NCBI GenBank assembly: GCA_002633005.1
Contig: NMRA01000384.1
Coordinates: forward strand, 225,504 to 289,503
Direction of reading: 5' to 3'
From: Phoronis australis
Taxonomy: Eukaryota; Animalia; Phoronida
Length of the DNA: 64,000 bases
The notes below the pieces were generated by a model. That model worked only from the letters and a program-made list of their open reading frames with translations. It did no database searches and had not been told where the DNA came from. This document shows, piece by piece, positions 62,301-64,000 of this stretch. Made by a program: the position numbers and the translations under genes. How positions within the stretch are numbered: position 1 is the stretch's first letter; the number at the start of each line of letters is the position of its first letter.

Positions 62301-63604
62301 TTGCGGGGGAACCGTTGAGTAATGACGTGACAGATTTTCACAGACGTGAGGTACTTTTTTTCATGGGCTGAAAACTCTTCACATTAAATTTAGACCTTGT
62401 GAAAAAACTAACTGGGGTCATTTTTCACGAGGTCATTATTTAAAGCTACACTGGCTCGGTTAGGTATTTTTTCACTCGGTTTCGAGTGGGAAATTCTGTA
62501 TTTCGGCTATACTATAGCTCGGTTGCGCAATTCAGTCGTACAGGTTTGATATTTTGGTTACTACGCACTTTACTTTTTGCGCAAGTTTTGAGTCGCAAAA
62601 CAAAGAGCTCGTAAGCAAGCAGTGCAAATCTACAAAATTTCCAATATCAACCTCGACATAAGTACAGATTTTGCAGTGATTTATTTGTTTTGATACAACA
62701 GAAAACATCTGATTTTGGAATACGTATTAAGAAATGAATTTTTAAAGCAGTATATATTTCAATAGAGAATACATTATTCTTTTAGATGTATTGATTTGGA
62801 TGGCTGGCGAGAAAGTTCGAGGATGTTATTTTTCAGTACGAGTAAAAATACATATGATTGTCATTAATACCAAATATTTACTTAATTACAATTAACAAAC
62901 ATTATCATCATTGGATAACAGCATATGCTGGTCAATAACTATCTTTTTAATTGATCTTATATGGCCTCAATCACCAAGACTGATGTGGAAACAACGCATA
63001 GTCATTCCGCTTAAACTTTGTTGGCAGAACATAAAAACCTAGTGGCAGCACCACTAAGCTCCAAGGCCGAACCAAAAAACCCATGACTCAAGGGCAGGAC
63101 CAAAAATAATTTTTTGGCTGCAGGCATGACACTGCGAGCCCCCGGATTTTCTGATTGATGCCGTAGGGCTCCCAGTGTTTTCCGCCATTTTTGTCCTGTG
63201 TAACACTCTCCAATATGGCGTCATATTGACAACGCGAGCTTCATGGATCTGAGTGGCGCGCGCCCGGTCTATGTATTAAGATGTCTATGGCAGTCTCTGT
63301 TTTAGTTGGTTATTTGCTAGAAATAAAGTTTAGCATAGAATTGCAGAAATTATAACTAAAATTATATTCAACTTAATGCAATGGATTTCATCAAGAGATG
63401 CCCGGTTTTACGGCTAATTTTCCTCACCGACTCAGGGATAACAGTTCGTGTTTTGCGTTTGGTGAACACTCACTTCGAGCAAACAACCTCCATGTAACCA
63501 ATTACCTCATCGGGAGCTGACACGTCTGCTCCGCAAATAACCAACAACTCCACAACTTCCCAGCGACCGTTCAACGCCGCCCAGTGTAGTGGTGTCCGTT
63601 TGTC
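38130..63604 (-). CDS. Gene A (5'-partial, 11 exons, about 680 aa in window): ankyrin repeats - acidic linker - ZU5/UPA-like domain - caspase (peptidase C14A p20+p10)
   Basis: In-frame GT-AG exons with matching phases: 63506-63604, 58905-59003, 55692-55772, 55016-55127, 51754-52553, 51269-51302, 42747-42845, 41782-41969, 39525-39612, 38731-38904, 38130-38395. Caspase motifs GLVVIINNVNF, ILSHG, PKVFVYQSCR, DMLTAYAT, GSPYI and QMPE are present. Confidence 0.85.
38731..38904 (-). CDS. Gene A caspase exon with catalytic Cys and inter-subunit linker
   Basis: Phase 1-1; ECPKVFVYQSCRVDEADA...PPDSDMLTAYATTE. Confidence 0.92.
39525..39612 (-). CDS. Gene A caspase p20 exon
   Basis: Phase 0-1; DGIYTIDGPLITFKEICSYFRGDKLSKMR. 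It is missed by the ORF track. Confidence 0.9.
39647..39998. mobile_element. Foldback MITE (inverted arms of about 150 bp)
   Basis: GCAGAAAATTACGAG...AAGCATGTGCGACCTCTGGTGGA is mirrored by TCCACCAGAGGTCGCACATGCTT...CTCATAACTTTCTGC. Confidence 0.85.
40450..41409 (-). mobile_element. Non-autonomous Kolobok-like DNA transposon
   Basis: TTAA flanks both sides. Imperfect TIRs AGTGTACACAACATG / CATGGTGTGTACTGT and an inner inverted ACGTCATGGGTTGAAC. A decayed ORF has an acidic N-terminus and an RRSPPGCC...LRKHIF fragment reminiscent of Kolobok accessory proteins. Confidence 0.55.
41782..41969 (-). CDS. Gene A caspase exon with catalytic His
   Basis: Phase 1-0; GSNNDERELTKTFQQIL...FSQLICFILSHGKK. 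Confidence 0.92.
42747..42845 (-). CDS. Gene A first caspase exon
   Basis: Phase 1-1; GDYPRAGKGLVVIINNVNFYAENEEERARRRRD. Confidence 0.92.
43188..43755 (+). mobile_element. Solo-LTR-like repeat, copy 2
   Basis: Shares blocks with 20555-21151; boundaries are approximate. Confidence 0.5.
45001..45660 (-). mobile_element. LINE (CR1/L2-type) reverse-transcriptase 3' relic
   Basis: PKNNCSKRTFEYRGAGAYNGLGTAVTKAPNVHVFKQK is the typical C-terminal motif of CR1/L2 ORF2. The upstream part is decayed. Confidence 0.65.
46321..51092. mobile_element. Non-autonomous TIR DNA transposon of about 4.8 kb (EnSpm/CACTA-like ends)
   Basis: CTCATACCAAAA at the left end and TTTTGGTATGGG at the right end, with arrays of AAGCTTGCGGCAA-like subterminal repeats at both. 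Internal tandem repeats are at 47570-47705 and 48555-48870. Confidence 0.7.
51269..51302 (-). CDS. Gene A 34-nt adaptor micro-exon
   Basis: TCTCTTACAG|VTEGHDSDMAV(G)|GTATGT converts phase 0 to phase 1, exactly as needed to join the caspase exon. Confidence 0.8.
51754..52553 (-). CDS. Gene A large exon: ZU5/UPA-like region
   Basis: 800 nt, phase 1-0. Homologous to 18569-19332: IHPQKIEV/LHPQRICV, DEVANIT/DEVTDIT, FDCMFCP/FRVKFCP, HQCD/HQCD, IDKNVCE/VDRKICE, RQIVK/SRTVK. Confidence 0.85.
53267..53498. other. Assembly gap (N run) inside a gene A intron
   Basis: Run of N. Confidence 0.99.
54061..54216. mobile_element. hAT-type MITE with 8-bp TSD
   Basis: TIR CAGTGCTGTAGTGG...CCACTACAGCACTG flanked by GTTATAAG on both sides. 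Confidence 0.9.
55016..55127 (-). CDS. Gene A acidic linker exon
   Basis: TTGCAG|TFFNELDMKAKRKSSQAMDDIEGELPEVEDFDDMEGE|GTAAGT; phase 0-1. Confidence 0.8.
55692..55772 (-). CDS. Gene A C-terminal capping ankyrin exon
   Basis: TATTTTCAG|DRQTPDDICGKSLSGKKMREKMEELFQ|GTAAGC; 81 nt, phase 0-0. Confidence 0.8.
55935..56669. mobile_element. Non-autonomous element with CA(G/T)xGGCGGAT-type ends containing a tRNA-derived head
   Basis: CATAGGCGGATTTAGGGGG...CCTAGATCCGCCACTG ends, with an internal A box TGGTGTAGTGG and B box GAGTTCAAGTC at about 56361-56413. Confidence 0.55.
58905..59003 (-). CDS. Gene A ankyrin exon
   Basis: 99 nt, phase 0-0: KGNTPLHYASRFGQLEVADILLREGADIAVVNQ. Confidence 0.92.
60168..63289. 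mobile_element. Non-autonomous P-element-like transposon with nested insertions
   Basis: CATAGACA...TGTCTATG termini, a perfect 8-bp TSD GCAGTCTC (60160-60167 and 63290-63297), and subterminal inverted TGACGCCATATTGGAGAGTGTT. Confidence 0.8.
60865..61043. mobile_element. MITE, copy 2 (family of 4900-5074)
   Basis: Reverse-complement match to 4900-5074. Confidence 0.7.
63506..63604 (-). CDS. Gene A ankyrin exon (most 5' exon confidently seen)
   Basis: 99 nt, phase 0-0: DKRTPLHWAALNGRWEVVELLVICGADVSAPDE. Confidence 0.92.
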
Positions 63605-64000
63605 CTATATAATATATAATGTAAGAGAACTTTAGAAGCTAGATTTGGTTGAACATACGTTAAAAAGTGAATGGCATTGCTAGTCTGTCAGCTATTTCCA
63701 CCGCGTTGTGGTGGACACGAAAAAAACTTAGACAGTTGGTTTAAGTCTCAAGAGAAAATGGTTCAGCTTGATACAGTCTGTTGTGAGGTTAAGAGTGGAC
63801 TTGTTTGAGAGCTTGTGTACTTAGCTGAATGTATTCTAAAGGCAACCATATATTTTACAAGAGCAACGCGGAGCGTTGAAATGCGCCCACGAATGCATCG
63901 CAAACGGTGTGTTTTAGGGTTGTTCATTTGTGTCATAAAAATGGCCACTAGATGGCGCAAAAACGTAACATACATCTGTAAATGGGAACATGTCATAGCT

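Noticed and set aside
12741-63604. One giant gene containing both caspase and serine protease
   Set aside because: The caspase exon ends in TGA at 38130, and gene B has its own capping repeat and a plausible ATG exon.
63974-64000. Possible 3' end of another gene A exon (SYDMFPFTD|GTATGT)
   Set aside because: It is truncated by the window edge and cannot be verified.

Overview
Draft animal genomic DNA with N-gaps, GT-AG introns and many DNA-transposon relics. It is most consistent with a marine invertebrate, but the species cannot be determined from sequence alone. There are no prokaryotic features and most ORF-track entries are spurious. The main content is two head-to-tail, minus-strand, multi-exon paralogous genes, which I spliced by hand with consistent intron phases. 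Gene A (5' end beyond the window, stop at 38130) encodes ankyrin repeats, an acidic linker, a ZU5/UPA-like domain and a caspase (SHG ... QSCR). Gene B (ATG about 34107, stop 12741, about 1,010 aa) encodes 9 ankyrin repeats, a linker, a homologous ZU5/UPA-like domain and a FAM111-like trypsin-fold serine protease (TNYHV / LDYAIL / GSSGSP). The two share one sensor/adaptor chassis but carry unrelated protease effectors, which makes them a candidate undescribed innate-immune or cell-death receptor-protease system. The rest is Academ, Penelope, LINE, P-like, Kolobok-like and hAT-type relics, MITEs, tRNA-derived heads and hairpins.
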